Positions 63,398-64,000 of a stretch of DNA of 64,000 nt are shown piece by piece. How positions within the stretch are numbered: position 1 is the stretch's first letter; each line of letters starts with the position of its first letter. The stretch is from Pachysolen tannophilus NRRL Y-2460. Its lineage: Eukaryota. The stretch is from assembly GCA_001661245.1 (NCBI GenBank), contig KV454017.1, forward strand, positions 124,001 to 188,000, written 5' to 3'. The notes under the pieces were generated by a model that saw nothing but the letters and a program-made list of their open reading frames with translations, was not told the origin of the DNA and searched no databases. Made by a program: the position numbers and the translations under genes.

Positions 63398-64000
63398 TCA
63401 ATTGGAATTTTTGGCGAGTTTTTCGTTTTCTAATTCTTGGACGATGACGGTTTCAATTAGTTTCAAATCTGCGCTTTCTACTAATCTAACTTTTTTAGGT
63501 AATGAGTCGAATTTTTTGAATGCTTCCGGTAAGACTTTATTTTCAAAATCGTAACCTTCTAAACCAGTTAAAGATTTATTGACCACTTGAGAAAATTTAG
63601 CTGGATGAGCTGTTGACATGGAAATATATTTGAAGTTTCCTTGTGTCTTTTCGTCATCTTGGCTGATTTTCTTTAATGCAGCAGTGACACCAACTGAAGT
63701 ATGAGGGTCCATGATATAATTATTTTCTTGATAAATTTTTTTTATTGTAGAAACAGTTTCATCATTTGTAATTTTAAAAGAATCAAAAATTTCTCTTGTC
63801 TTTGCAAGAGTTTCTTTAGAAACACTAAAGACACCTTTTGGTGAAAGTAAGTTTAACATAAACTGTGCCAAGATCAGACCAGTTTTATTATCGTTATTTT
63901 CACCATCTGTTTGTTTAACCATATACCATAATAATCTTTCGAAATTTGAAGAAATTAAAATATCCATAGCTGGAGAATATGTTGCATTAACCTCTGATGA
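63398..64000 (-). CDS. THR4: Threonine synthase, 3' part (runs off right edge)
   Basis: ATYSPAMDILISSNFERLLWY, YIMDPHTSVG, STAHPAKF. Confidence 0.95.
   Translation of the reverse strand, partial: SSEVNATYSPAMDILISSNFERLLWYMVKQTDGENNDNKTGLILAQFMLNLLSPKGVFSVSKETLAKTREIFDSFKITNDETVSTIKKIYQENNYIMDPHTSVGVTAALKKISQDDEKTQGNFKYISMSTAHPAKFSQVVNKSLTGLEGYDFENKVLPEAFKKFDSLPKKVRLVESADLKLIETVIVQELENEKLAKNSN

Noticed and set aside
1..64000. tRNA, rRNA, snoRNA, LTR/transposase, CRISPR
   Set aside because: No cloverleaf or A/B boxes, paired C/D boxes, LTR pairs, transposase ORF or repeat-spacer array seen by eye; small ncRNAs cannot be excluded without covariance-model search

Overview
AT-rich, gene-dense budding-yeast (Saccharomycotina) chromosome segment with about 33 protein genes, six 5'-proximal spliceosomal introns and two N-gaps. 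I saw no RNA genes or transposons. Conserved Ala positions are repeatedly encoded by CTG (SMF2, ATP23, SSL1), so CUG is read as Ala. This points to the CUG-Ala clade, most plausibly Pachysolen tannophilus, and means the supplied translations are wrong at every CTG. Gene order: AVT1 (partial), MPP10, NOC3, a multi-AT-hook protein, PDX1, MET3, a Cys-rich putative regulator, DCW1, ILV1, a split epsin, SSL1, SMF2, DUS2/SMM1, TIM23, an orphan, ACC1, RRT12, an unknown, an EMP47-like lectin, VPS70, an ankyrin protein, ATP23, ARE2, BUD23, IMG1, a YNR021W-like gene, a GSKIP-like gene, an acidic orphan, HAT2, MRPL50, an STK19-like gene, SNF12/RSC6 and THR4 (partial). The most striking observation is that two genes about 7 kb apart appear broken by small inversions that can be undone in frame at 2-3 bp microhomologies (epsin, 761 bp; Cys-rich regulator 3' end, about 175 bp). 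ACC1 has a hidden intron and a probable non-AUG-initiated mitochondrial presequence. An unnamed dyad motif GGNNCA-N5-TGNNCC recurs in promoters. Gene identities come from recalled motifs, not database searches.
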